From Vicinamibacterales bacterium (GTDB lineage: Bacteria; Acidobacteriota; Vicinamibacteria; Vicinamibacterales; 2-12-FULL-66-21), in NCBI GenBank assembly GCA_038320555.1, contig JBBQEJ010000007.1:6896-70895 (forward strand): 64,000 bases of DNA, given 5' to 3'. The notes under the pieces were generated by a model. The model did no database searches and was not told the origin of the DNA. It saw nothing but the letters and a program-made list of their open reading frames with translations. The position numbers and the translations under genes were made by a program. Below are positions 1 through 8,823 of the stretch, piece by piece. The number at the start of each line of letters is the position of its first letter. Within the stretch, counting starts at the first letter, position 1.

Positions 1-1182
1 GATATCGAGACGCTTCGCGCGCAGATCCGCCACGGTCGGCACGGTCGCGACTTCGATCTTCTGCTTCGTCATCGCCTCGATGCTTCGCAGCAGACGATGC
101 TCGCGCGGCTCGGCCAGCGTGATCGCGGTGCCGCCGCGGCCTGCACGCCCGGTCCGGCCAATCCGGTGGATATAGGCTTCAGCCGCCGCCGGCACGTCGT
201 AGTTGACGACGTGCGACAACCGCTCGATGTCCAGGCCTCGTGCCGCAACGTCCGTGGCGACCAGCAACTCCGCGGTGCCGTCGCGAAAACGTCCCATGAC
301 GCGATCGCGGAGCCGCTGTTCCATGCCGCCGTGCAGCGCCTCGGCACGGTGTCCGTGCGCGTTGAGCATTTCGACGAGGGTGTCGACCTCGAGACGTGTG
401 CGGCAGAACACGAGCGTAGACGCCGGGTTCTCCATCTCGAGCACACGCTCCAGCGCCGCCGGCTTATGGGCCCGGGCCACGATGTAGGCCACCTGACGCA
501 CGCGCGGAAGCTTGCCGGCCACCGCTTTCTCGCGGGCGATCGTGACGCGCGCGGGCTCCCGCAGGTGGCGTCCGGCAATAGCCGTGATGCGTGACGGCAT
601 CGTCGCCGAAAAGAGCGCCGTCTGCCGATCCGCGGGAGTCGCTTCGAGGATTGCTTCGAGATCGTCGGCGAAGCCCATGTCGAGCATTTCGTCCGCCTCG
701 TCCAGCACCAGAAGGGCGAGGCGATCGAGCTTCAAGGTGCCGCGGCGAATATGATCGAGCGCGCGGCCCGGCGTGGCGACGATCACGTGGGGACCCCGTT
801 CGAGCGCCCGGATCTGGTGCTGCATCGAGGCGCCACCGTAGAGCGGCAACACGGTGATGTTCGCGGCGCGTCCGTACTTGTGGATGGCCTCGGCGACCTG
901 CATGGCCAGCTCGCGGGTCGGGACGAGGACCATGGCGGCGACGCGGCACGTGGTATCGGCGCTGATGCGTTGCAGCATCGGCAGCGCGAACGCGGCCGTT
1001 TTGCCGGTGCCCGTGGCAGCCTGGGCCAGCACGTCGCGTCCCTCGAGCATCAACGGAATCGTTTCGCGCTGAACCGGGGTGGGCTCTTCGTAGCCGAGCG
1101 CGGTCAGCGCCCCGAGGATATCGTCGCCCAGGCCCAGCGTTGCGAAGCCGGCCTGCCCGGACTCGTCTATTTTCGTACTCAT
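1..1182 (-). CDS. DEAD-box RNA helicase (DeaD/CsdA-like), 3' end runs off the window
   Basis: Manual translation from the ATG at 1182: MSTKIDESGQAGFATLGL...GYEEPTPVQRETIP (Q motif), AATGTGKTAAF (motif I), VLDEADEMLDMGF (DEAD). Missing from the ORF track because it is open at the edge. Confidence 0.93.
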   Translation of the reverse strand, partial: MSTKIDESGQAGFATLGLGDDILGALTALGYEEPTPVQRETIPLMLEGRDVLAQAATGTGKTAAFALPMLQRISADTTCRVAAMVLVPTRELAMQVAEAIHKYGRAANITVLPLYGGASMQHQIRALERGPHVIVATPGRALDHIRRGTLKLDRLALLVLDEADEMLDMGFADDLEAILEATPADRQTALFSATMPSRITAIAGRHLREPARVTIAREKAVAGKLPRVRQVAYIVARAHKPAALERVLEMENPASTLVFCRTRLEVDTLVEMLNAHGHRAEALHGGMEQRLRDRVMGRFRDGTAELLVATDVAARGLDIERLSHVVNYDVPAAAEAYIHRIGRTGRAGRGGTAITLAEPREHRLLRSIEAMTKQKIEVATVPTVADLRAKRLDI

Positions 1183-1224
1183 TAGATCCTGATTCAGCGC
1201 GACAGCCAGAGTGAGAGTGATCTA

Positions 1225-1281
1225 ACAGAAGATCAGAAGACCAGGAGTAACTGAAAATCTCCTGATCTCGTGATCTTCTGT
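1225..1281. repeat. Period-8 palindromic intergenic element
   Basis: cagaagat-cagaagac-caggagta ... atctcctg-atctcgtg-atcttctg; outer arms acagaagatca / tgatcttctgt are exact reverse complements. Confidence 0.8.
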
Positions 1282-1333
1282 CAAAGGGCTAAGGTGTGGA
1301 CGGCGCCAGTAACGATCGGCAGGCCGACGGGCT

Positions 1334-2932
1334 TTAGGCGAGTGTCGACGCGTACTCCTCGTACGTCCCCTTGAAATCCGTGATCTGGCCGTTGTCGAAG
1401 TGCCACACGCGCGAGCCGACTTCTTCCATCAGATCCTGGTCGTGCGTCACGAGCAGGACCGTGCCGTCGAACTTCTGCAACGCCACGTTCAGGGCGTTAA
1501 TCGATTCGAGGTCCAGGTGGTTCGTCGGCTCGTCGAGGATGAGCAGATTCGGCTTCTGCAGCATGAGGCGGCAGAACAGCAGCCGCGCGGTCTCGCCTCC
1601 CGAGAGCGCCTCGGTCGGCTTCAAGCCTTCCTCCCCGCTGAACAGCATCTGTCCAAGCAGCCCATGGATGTCCTGCCGGGCGGCGTCCGGATCGAAACGG
1701 TGCAGCCACTCGACTGCCGTCATGCCCTTCTCGATCACGCCGGTGTGATCCTGGGCGAAGTAGCCGATCGAGACCTCGTGTCCCCAGCGCACGGAACCGC
1801 TGTCGAGGTCCGCGGGAGACGAAGGCAGGTTCGGTGAATCCGCGAGCAACGCCTTGAGCAGCGTCGTCTTGCCCAGACCGTTCCGCCCGACGAGGACGAT
1901 CTTCTCGCCGCGGTTGACGATTGCGCTGAAGTTGGCAATCACAGGCGCGCCGCCGTGCGCCTTGCTTACGCCCTTGATCTCCATGGCGGTCCGGCCCGAC
2001 GGCCGGTTCATCTGGAACTTGATATACGGGCGCTGAATGTTCGATCGCGCCAGCTCCGTTGTCTGCAGCCGCTCGACTTCCTTGCGGCGTGACTGGACCT
2101 GACTGGACCGGGTGCCGGCGGAGAAGCGCGCGATGAAGTCGTTCAACTGTGCGATCTTCTTCTCGCGCTGTGCGTTCTCCGACTCGATGCGCGATCGAAT
2201 CTGTGTCTTGGCCACCACCATGTCGTCGTACCCGCCCGTGTACGTGATGATGGTCTGATAGTCGATGTCGGCGATCTGCGTGCAGACGGAGTTGAGGAAG
2301 TGACGGTCGTGCGAGATCACGATCAACGTGCCCGTATAGCGCGCGAGAAACTCGTGCAGCCAGTGGATCGAATCAAGGTCGAGATGGTTCGTGGGCTCGT
2401 CGAGGAGCAGCGCTTCTGGATGTCCGAACAGTGCCTGCGCGAGGAGTACGCGGACCTTCTGCCCGCCCTGAAGCTCGCTCATCTTCCGTTCGTGCACCGC
2501 GTCGGGAATATCGAGACCCTGGAGCAGAATCGCCGCGTCACTTTCGGCCGTATAACCGTCTTCCTCGCCGACGATGCCCTCGAGCTCGCCGAGCCGCATG
2601 CCATCGTCGTGCGTCATGTCCGCCTTGGCGTAGAGCTTCTCGCGCTCTTCGAGCGCGCCCCACAGCCGATGGTTTCCCATGATGACCGTGTCGATGACAC
2701 GGAACTCGTCGAACGCATACTGGTCCTGCCGAAGCACGCCCAGCTTGGCCGGCTTGACGACCGTGCCCTGCTGGGGCGGGAGCTCACCGGTCAGCAGCTT
2801 CATGAATGTGGACTTGCCGGCGCCATTGGGCCCGGTCAGGCCGTACCGCCGGCCGCTTGAAAAGGTCGTGGTGACATCATCGAAGAGCACCTTCGACCCG
2901 AACCGCATCGAAACACCCTGGACTGAAATCAT
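1334..2932 (-). CDS. ABC-F family ATP-binding protein (YbiT/YheS-like)
   Basis: Two ABC cassettes (GPNGAGKST, GRNGLGKTT; LQGGQ and LSGGE; LLLDEPTNHLD twice), no transmembrane segments; start taken at MISVQG. Confidence 0.93.
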   Translation of the reverse strand: MISVQGVSMRFGSKVLFDDVTTTFSSGRRYGLTGPNGAGKSTFMKLLTGELPPQQGTVVKPAKLGVLRQDQYAFDEFRVIDTVIMGNHRLWGALEEREKLYAKADMTHDDGMRLGELEGIVGEEDGYTAESDAAILLQGLDIPDAVHERKMSELQGGQKVRVLLAQALFGHPEALLLDEPTNHLDLDSIHWLHEFLARYTGTLIVISHDRHFLNSVCTQIADIDYQTIITYTGGYDDMVVAKTQIRSRIESENAQREKKIAQLNDFIARFSAGTRSSQVQSRRKEVERLQTTELARSNIQRPYIKFQMNRPSGRTAMEIKGVSKAHGGAPVIANFSAIVNRGEKIVLVGRNGLGKTTLLKALLADSPNLPSSPADLDSGSVRWGHEVSIGYFAQDHTGVIEKGMTAVEWLHRFDPDAARQDIHGLLGQMLFSGEEGLKPTEALSGGETARLLFCRLMLQKPNLLILDEPTNHLDLESINALNVALQKFDGTVLLVTHDQDLMEEVGSRVWHFDNGQITDFKGTYEEYASTLA

Positions 2933-3045
2933 GATCGATCGCTCTATCGGGTTGATCGGAAGACGAGAGAACCACCTATTATAGCCCGGAACTGCGCTAT
3001 ATTGGTGGCTTCCCTCGATTTTCCTGACACGCTGGAGAGGACACG

Positions 3046-4749
3046 ATGAAACGAGAGTTCCGCAGGCTGGTGCTGGCCGCCGGCACCGCTGCGCTCGTGG
3101 CGACGCTGCCATTGGGCGCCGCAGGCGAGAAGATCGACTACGAAGCCATCGACAAGATTAAACAGCAGGGCATGCTCCCGCAGAACTCGCAGGTCATGGA
3201 GATCTCGAGCTGGCTGACCGATGTGTATGGCCCGCGACTGACGGGGTCGCCCAACACCCAGAAAGCAGGCGAGTGGGCCGTCTCGAAAATGAAGGAGTGG
3301 GGACTTCAGAAAGTCTCGCTCGAGAAGTGGCCCGAGCAGATGCAGTTCGACCGTGGATGGACGAACGAAAAATTCTACATGGCCGCCCTCACGCCGCAGG
3401 CCTTCCCGATTCCGGGTACGCCCACTGCGTGGACGCCAGGCACCGACGGTCTGGTCAAGGGCGAAGTCGTTCTGGTTCCAGAAACCACGCAGGAAGACCT
3501 GCAGAAGTATGCCGGCAAGCTGAAGGGGAAATGGGTTCTGACGCAAGCCGCGCCCGACGTGCCGGCGTTGTGGACGGCGCCTGCGACCCGCAATACGCCA
3601 GAGGAACTCGAACGGATGGAACTCCTGACGCCGCCTTCATCAGAGTTCGGACTGACGCCTCCTGGAGGCGGTCGCGGCGGCCGGCAGGGCGGACCGGGGG
3701 GAGGAAGGGGACAGGCGGGCGCGGCACCCTTCAATCGCAACGACTTCTTCCGCGCCGAAGGGGTTCTCGGCACGCTGTCCACTGCCGCGCGCGGCCATGG
3801 CATCTACACGATCAGCGGGGATCGCAGGTGTGATCCGGCGTCCACGCTGCCGGCGGTGATGATTCCCGCCGAACAGTACGGCCGTATGGCGCGCATGCTG
3901 GCCAAGAACCTGCCGGTCACGATCGAAGCTGATATCAAGAACACCTACAATCCCAACCCGGTGATGTTCAATGTCGTGGGAGAAATTCCGGGGACCGATA
4001 AGGCGGATGAGCTCGTGATGCTCGGTGCGCATTTCGATTCGTGGCATGCGTCAACGGGAGCCACCGACAACGCCGCGGGTTCGGCGGGAATGCTCGAGGC
4101 GATGCGCATTCTGAAGCAGAGCGGCGTGCGTCTTCGCCGGACGGTTCGCATCGGACTGTGGACAGGCGAGGAGCAGGGCCTCATCGGATCGGCCCAGTAT
4201 GTCGCCGCTCATTTCGCATCACGCGGTCCCGCTCCGGCAACGCCTCCCAATGTCAGCGCGCCCAATCCGTTCCCGGGACAGTGCGGCGGGGGTGGTGGTG
4301 GTCGCGGTGGCGCGCTCGGCCCGCTCGAGTTCAAGCCCGATCATGCGAAGTTCGCCGGTTACTTCAACATCGATAACGGCACGGGGGCAATCCGCGGAGT
4401 TTACCTCCAGGGAAACGATACCGTCGCGCCGATCTTCCGCGAATGGATCGAGCCGTTCCGGAGCCTGGGGATGTCGTACCTGACGATTCGAAACACGGGC
4501 GGCACCGATCACCAGTCATTCGATCGCGTCGGGCTGCCGGGCTTTCAGTTCATTCAGGACGAGGTCGAATACGGCACGATGACGCACCACACGAACCTCG
4601 ACAGCTACGAGCGGCTGCAGCCGAACGACATGATGAAGAACGCGACCATCGCGGCCGCATTTGCGTACCTGGCCGCGAACCGCGACGAGAAGCTGCCGCG
4701 CAAGCCGCTTCCGGCGCCGCCAACAACTGGCCGCGGCAGCGGGCAATAG
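3046..4749 (+). CDS. Secreted M28-family aminopeptidase / carboxypeptidase Q-like
   Basis: Signal peptide; GPRLTGS, GAHFDSW, GATDNAAG, GEEQGL, GGTDH, HH..D metal-binding motifs. Confidence 0.9.
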   Translation: MKREFRRLVLAAGTAALVATLPLGAAGEKIDYEAIDKIKQQGMLPQNSQVMEISSWLTDVYGPRLTGSPNTQKAGEWAVSKMKEWGLQKVSLEKWPEQMQFDRGWTNEKFYMAALTPQAFPIPGTPTAWTPGTDGLVKGEVVLVPETTQEDLQKYAGKLKGKWVLTQAAPDVPALWTAPATRNTPEELERMELLTPPSSEFGLTPPGGGRGGRQGGPGGGRGQAGAAPFNRNDFFRAEGVLGTLSTAARGHGIYTISGDRRCDPASTLPAVMIPAEQYGRMARMLAKNLPVTIEADIKNTYNPNPVMFNVVGEIPGTDKADELVMLGAHFDSWHASTGATDNAAGSAGMLEAMRILKQSGVRLRRTVRIGLWTGEEQGLIGSAQYVAAHFASRGPAPATPPNVSAPNPFPGQCGGGGGGRGGALGPLEFKPDHAKFAGYFNIDNGTGAIRGVYLQGNDTVAPIFREWIEPFRSLGMSYLTIRNTGGTDHQSFDRVGLPGFQFIQDEVEYGTMTHHTNLDSYERLQPNDMMKNATIAAAFAYLAANRDEKLPRKPLPAPPTTGRGSGQ

Positions 4750-4751
4750 AT

Positions 4752-4830
4752 CTCCCGCTGACGCGGGGGACTACAAGTCCCGCGCTGCGGGCGTCCCCGA
4801 CGCGAGACTGAAGTCCTGCGTCAGGCGCGG
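4752..4830. repeat. REP-like hairpin cluster between convergent genes
   Basis: ctcccgctgacgcgggggactac (reverse complement begins GTAG, then a palindrome), followed by degenerate copies. Confidence 0.55.
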
Positions 4831-4863
4831 CGCTGACGCGCGGTTCATCCGACGCCCGTAGCG

Positions 4864-5238
4864 TCAGTCCTGCCGATCAGAAGCCAGTTGTTTCCTGATG
4901 AGTGTCAGCAGACGATCGAAGTCCACTGGTTTCGGCAGGCAGTCCACCGTGCCGAGCTCGAAGGCGACCGTTGCGGCATGTGACGCGCCGCTCAGGCAGA
5001 GGATTGGAATCTTCGCGAGGTCGGGATCCCGAAGCTGTTCCGCCCGGAACTGCAGGGCGTTCATGCGCGGAAGCATCAAATCGAGCACGATGAGGTCGGG
5101 CCGCTCGCGGCGAGCGGCCGCCAGCGCTTCCGCGCCGTCTTCCGCTGTCGCGATACGATAGCCCTCCCCGCCAAGAGCCGTCACCATCATCGCAAGAATG
5201 TCTGGATCGTCCTCGACCAGGAGGATGAGGGATCGCAT
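4864..5238 (-). CDS. Single-domain response regulator (CheY-like receiver)
   Basis: LLVEDD, DLIVLDLMLP, LPKP receiver motifs; start at MRSLILL. Confidence 0.9.
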   Translation of the reverse strand: MRSLILLVEDDPDILAMMVTALGGEGYRIATAEDGAEALAAARRERPDLIVLDLMLPRMNALQFRAEQLRDPDLAKIPILCLSGASHAATVAFELGTVDCLPKPVDFDRLLTLIRKQLASDRQD

Positions 5239-5450
5239 TTCTGCTGGCCAGCATACCTTCTTCGCAGGTTTCCGGGCGGCCAGAATTCCGTCTCTCATTG
5301 CGCCGCCGCCGGCCAGCCCATACAATCGCGGTGTCGGACGCATCAGGCGCATAGCGCATGAAAGGGTCCTCCCGGGCTCTGCGTTCGACGGCCCGCCGGT
5401 GTCAAGGCACCGGCGGGCTCTTTCTGTGTTTCTCGTTTTACGAGTCGACC

Positions 5451-6401
5451 CTAGGCGCGGCCGGCCTGCAGTGCGCGGCCCTGCGGACGCGCGAGCACAA
5501 AGGATCCCACGACGATCGCCGCGGCGAAGATCTGCGCGGCAAGCGTCTCAACCGTCGGGAATATCGCGAACCACAATCCCATCCAGCCGGGGATGACGCG
5601 CTCGAGCGGCACAATCGGAGTCGTGGGGAGCCATCGCGCGAGCTGCATTTCCTGCGCCTGCTCGCCAACCATGACGAGGAGCACGAGTCCAAGCATCACG
5701 CCGGTGAACACGAGCATCCGGCGATAGGGAAGCCGCCGGTGCGCCACAAACGTCAGCACGCCGACGATCGTGGTGAGGGCCAGACCGATCGAGACGCCGT
5801 AGAACACGGGCGTGCCACCGAGCTTCAGTCGATAGCTTTGCAGGAAGAGCACGATCTCGAATCCTTCACGATAGAGCGACGAAAAACCGAGCAGCGCGAG
5901 ACCCCACCAGAGACGGCCGTCGGAAGCATGCTTCATCAGCGTCTGCTTCCTGCGGCTGTGCATTGAGATCCAGCCGGCCCAATAGACCTTGTGGAAGAAC
6001 CAGTTCATGACGAGCAGCAGCACGAGGATTGCGAGCAGCCCGGTTGCTGCCTGCAGATCGAGCGCCGGGACGTTGTCCGCGAAGCTGTCGACGATGCTGA
6101 TGGCCGCTCCCCAGGTCAGAAGCGCCGCCAGGAACGCGGCGCCTGCTCCGGCCGCGACGGGTCGTTGGAATGACCGTCGCGCCCCGACCATGTTCGCCGT
6201 AATCGCGGAGAGCACGAGGATGCACTCGAGCCCCTCACGGAACACCAGCACCGCGATATCGAGGACGCGCGCGCCGAAGTCGCCATGGCCGGTCGGGTCT
6301 GGCAAACCGCCGGTCCGGAGCACCTGGAGGATGAGAATTGCCGCGACCGCCGCAGCTCCAGCGGTCAGGGGAAAGGTTATAAATGGTATCCGTCTCAGCA
6401 T
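5451..6401 (-). CDS. FTR1/EfeU-family iron permease
   Basis: Multiple hydrophobic helices and two REXXE motifs (REGLE, REGFE). Confidence 0.88.
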   Translation of the reverse strand: MLRRIPFITFPLTAGAAAVAAILILQVLRTGGLPDPTGHGDFGARVLDIAVLVFREGLECILVLSAITANMVGARRSFQRPVAAGAGAAFLAALLTWGAAISIVDSFADNVPALDLQAATGLLAILVLLLVMNWFFHKVYWAGWISMHSRRKQTLMKHASDGRLWWGLALLGFSSLYREGFEIVLFLQSYRLKLGGTPVFYGVSIGLALTTIVGVLTFVAHRRLPYRRMLVFTGVMLGLVLLVMVGEQAQEMQLARWLPTTPIVPLERVIPGWMGLWFAIFPTVETLAAQIFAAAIVVGSFVLARPQGRALQAGRA

Positions 6402-6423
6402 GTTGGCGATATACGACTAGATC

Positions 6424-6451
6424 GGTCGGATAGGTAAGCTTATATCCGACC
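6424..6451. promoter_or_regulatory. Operator-like inverted repeat between the divergent FTR1 and cupin genes
   Basis: ggtcggata-ggtaagctta-tatccgacc: 9-bp perfect arms; the spacer contains the palindrome taagctta. Confidence 0.5.
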
Positions 6452-6589
6452 TCTCCGGTCGTCAATACCGCCAAGCCAAAAGGTGGCTGGACCGGGTCCA
6501 GACCCGCGCCGCGAAGTCGTTTACCATACGCTCGCGACCGGCAGCAGGCAAGTACGTCTGGTGGAGATTCTGTGGAGTTCTGAAAAGAG

Positions 6590-7060
6590 GTGGTCCTGCG
6601 TCTTGTCGTTACGATTGTCGCGGTGGCGGCGTTTGCCGTCCAGGGCCAGAATGGCCCGAGTGGCGTCCACGTGTGGAAGGCGGCCGATATCGCCGCCAAG
6701 GGTACGTCGCTCGCGCAGAAACTGGATGCGCAGAACGTGGCGAGCGAAGTCATCGCCACCGAGGGAAATCGGAGATTCATGGTGGCGCACCGGGAAGGAT
6801 CTGGCTTGGCGGAGTGGCACGAGAAGGAGGCGGACGTCATGTTCATCTCCGCCGGCAACGTGACGATGGTCTATGGCGGCACCATCGACGAGAGCAAGAC
6901 CACAACACCCGGCGAGATGCGGGGCCCATCGATTCGCGGAGGGACCGAGGTGCCGCTCGGGCCGGGCGACGTGCTGCACATCCCGGCGAAGGTTCCGCAC
7001 CAGATGAAGCTGGCGCCCGGCGCCAAGGTCACGTACTTCGTCACGAAGGTTGTGGAGTAA
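6590..7060 (+). CDS. Secreted cupin-domain protein
   Basis: Signal peptide; EWHEKEAD...GDVLHIPAKVPH cupin motifs. Confidence 0.8.
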   Translation: MVLRLVVTIVAVAAFAVQGQNGPSGVHVWKAADIAAKGTSLAQKLDAQNVASEVIATEGNRRFMVAHREGSGLAEWHEKEADVMFISAGNVTMVYGGTIDESKTTTPGEMRGPSIRGGTEVPLGPGDVLHIPAKVPHQMKLAPGAKVTYFVTKVVE

Positions 7061-8161
7061 TCAGCGGCGCGTGGTCCAGGCCAGGCCGTCGGGCTGCCGG
7101 CCGGCCTGGATGCGCCCGGTCACCTCGAGCGTCTTCAGGTCGATGACGGCGACGTTGTCGTCTGGAGTGCACGCCACATACGCGCGCGCCCCGTCGGGCT
7201 GCATCTCGATGCCGGCGGCGCCGCGCCCGATCTTCAATCGCTTCACCTCCCGGTTCGTCGCGGCATCGATGATGGCCAGTTCCGGTCCCCCGAGCGTCGA
7301 GACGAATACCAGCCTACCGTCCGGCGTGAACTTGAGGCGGTTCGCGCCGTTCACATTTGCGGCGAGGGTGTCTGTGACTTTCTTCGACGCCACGTCGATG
7401 ATCGAGATGGTGCCGTCCTGTGCGTTGGCTGCCCAGATCTGCGTGCCGTCTGGAGAGACGTCAAATCCCTCCGCGCCTCGGCCGACCGGCACGACGGTTT
7501 CGTTCCAATCCATCTGAGGGCCGCCGCGTCCGCCCGGATCGCCGCCGCGCCCCGGCATCTCCGCAGGCGGCGCGCCTCCGCGATCGGGCGTTCCTGGAGG
7601 TGGTCCGCCGCGGCCGCCTCGTCCGCCGCCGGCACTTTTCTCGATAATCGTCATCGTCGCCGAGCTCACATTCGACGTTACGATGCGCGAAAGGTCCGGC
7701 GATACGAAGATCATGTGCGTACGGTTCTGTCCCGTGCCGAGGATCCAGTCCACTTTGTTCGTCGCGGGATCGTAGTTGCCGATCGCCTTTGCGGCCTCAG
7801 CGGTGAACCACAGTTTCCCGCCGGTGAACGTGAGCCCGTGCGGGGCGCGCAACGCACCGAGATCGATCGGAGGCGACGGCTTCATGGCCACGAGATCGAT
7901 CACGGTAATGAGATTGATCCCGCCGTTGTAATTCGAAATGTACGCGACGCGCCCGTCGCTGGACGCGACGACCTCGTGCGGGTCCGGTCCCGATGGCGCG
8001 CGCCCCAGCACCTTGAGCGTCGCTGGATCGACAACGGATAATGTCTGATCGGACTTGGCGAGCACCAGCAACGTCCCAGCAGGGGCGGAGGACTGACCCT
8101 GCGCCGTCAACACGGCGGCTGCGCAGGCAGTGATGAGCACCAGACTGACTCGTATTTTCAT
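7061..8161 (-). CDS. Secreted YncE/YVTN beta-propeller protein
   Basis: Signal peptide from MKIRV; repeated blades (PHEVVASSDG, PHGL, AEGFDVSPDG, TPDG, QPDG); Gly/Pro/Arg-rich insert. Confidence 0.85.
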   Translation of the reverse strand: MKIRVSLVLITACAAAVLTAQGQSSAPAGTLLVLAKSDQTLSVVDPATLKVLGRAPSGPDPHEVVASSDGRVAYISNYNGGINLITVIDLVAMKPSPPIDLGALRAPHGLTFTGGKLWFTAEAAKAIGNYDPATNKVDWILGTGQNRTHMIFVSPDLSRIVTSNVSSATMTIIEKSAGGGRGGRGGPPPGTPDRGGAPPAEMPGRGGDPGGRGGPQMDWNETVVPVGRGAEGFDVSPDGTQIWAANAQDGTISIIDVASKKVTDTLAANVNGANRLKFTPDGRLVFVSTLGGPELAIIDAATNREVKRLKIGRGAAGIEMQPDGARAYVACTPDDNVAVIDLKTLEVTGRIQAGRQPDGLAWTTRR

Positions 8162-8245
8162 ATCCGCGACGGGAGCGTACCAGCCATGACGTAAGTGCAA
8201 TCGCTGCATGATGATCGTATGTTACGCCAGGGAACTGGAGGATGG

Positions 8246-8764
8246 ATGCGGAAGATTGTGTATGTGGCTGCGGCGGTTGTGGTTGTCGGATTGCTCCTCC
8301 TTTTGTGGATGAAGAGCGGGTCGACGGAGGATGAGGCGGCGATTATCGTCAAGAACGGCTCGATCGAGATCGAGACAGCGGACGGAGAGTGGAAAGACGG
8401 CGACGACGCGTGGGTCAACGAGACAGCCGGCAAGCACAACGACAAGGAACTTTGGGTCAAAGTCACGTCTTCGACAGGGACGTGCCGGGGTGTGGGACAG
8501 CCGATCAGAATCCAATACAGCAAATCGAATGACCGCGCGGTGTTTACGACGGGCGGCAGTTTCCTGGCGCCACACAGAACGCGAGTGGGTCCTCAGGCCG
8601 TCATCACCTTCGTGGACAGGAGACATCTCAGGGCCGGAACAGCCGGCGATGGCGGGCATATCAACGCGGTGCAGGCCCGAAGCGCAACCTGCAGCATTGC
8701 CGCCGAAAGCTCCAACGTCGAAATCAGCATCTGCTCATCGCAGACCGCAAAGGCCTGCCAGTAG
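8246..8764 (+). CDS. Hypothetical membrane-anchored protein
   Basis: GGAGG upstream of the ATG, N-terminal transmembrane helix, four Cys; no family recognised. Confidence 0.65.
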   Translation: MRKIVYVAAAVVVVGLLLLLWMKSGSTEDEAAIIVKNGSIEIETADGEWKDGDDAWVNETAGKHNDKELWVKVTSSTGTCRGVGQPIRIQYSKSNDRAVFTTGGSFLAPHRTRVGPQAVITFVDRRHLRAGTAGDGGHINAVQARSATCSIAAESSNVEISICSSQTAKACQ

Positions 8765-8823
8765 GACAGTAGGCTCTTTGATTTCAGGCATTTGGCCCTG
8801 GATGCCCTATAATATTGCCTTGA

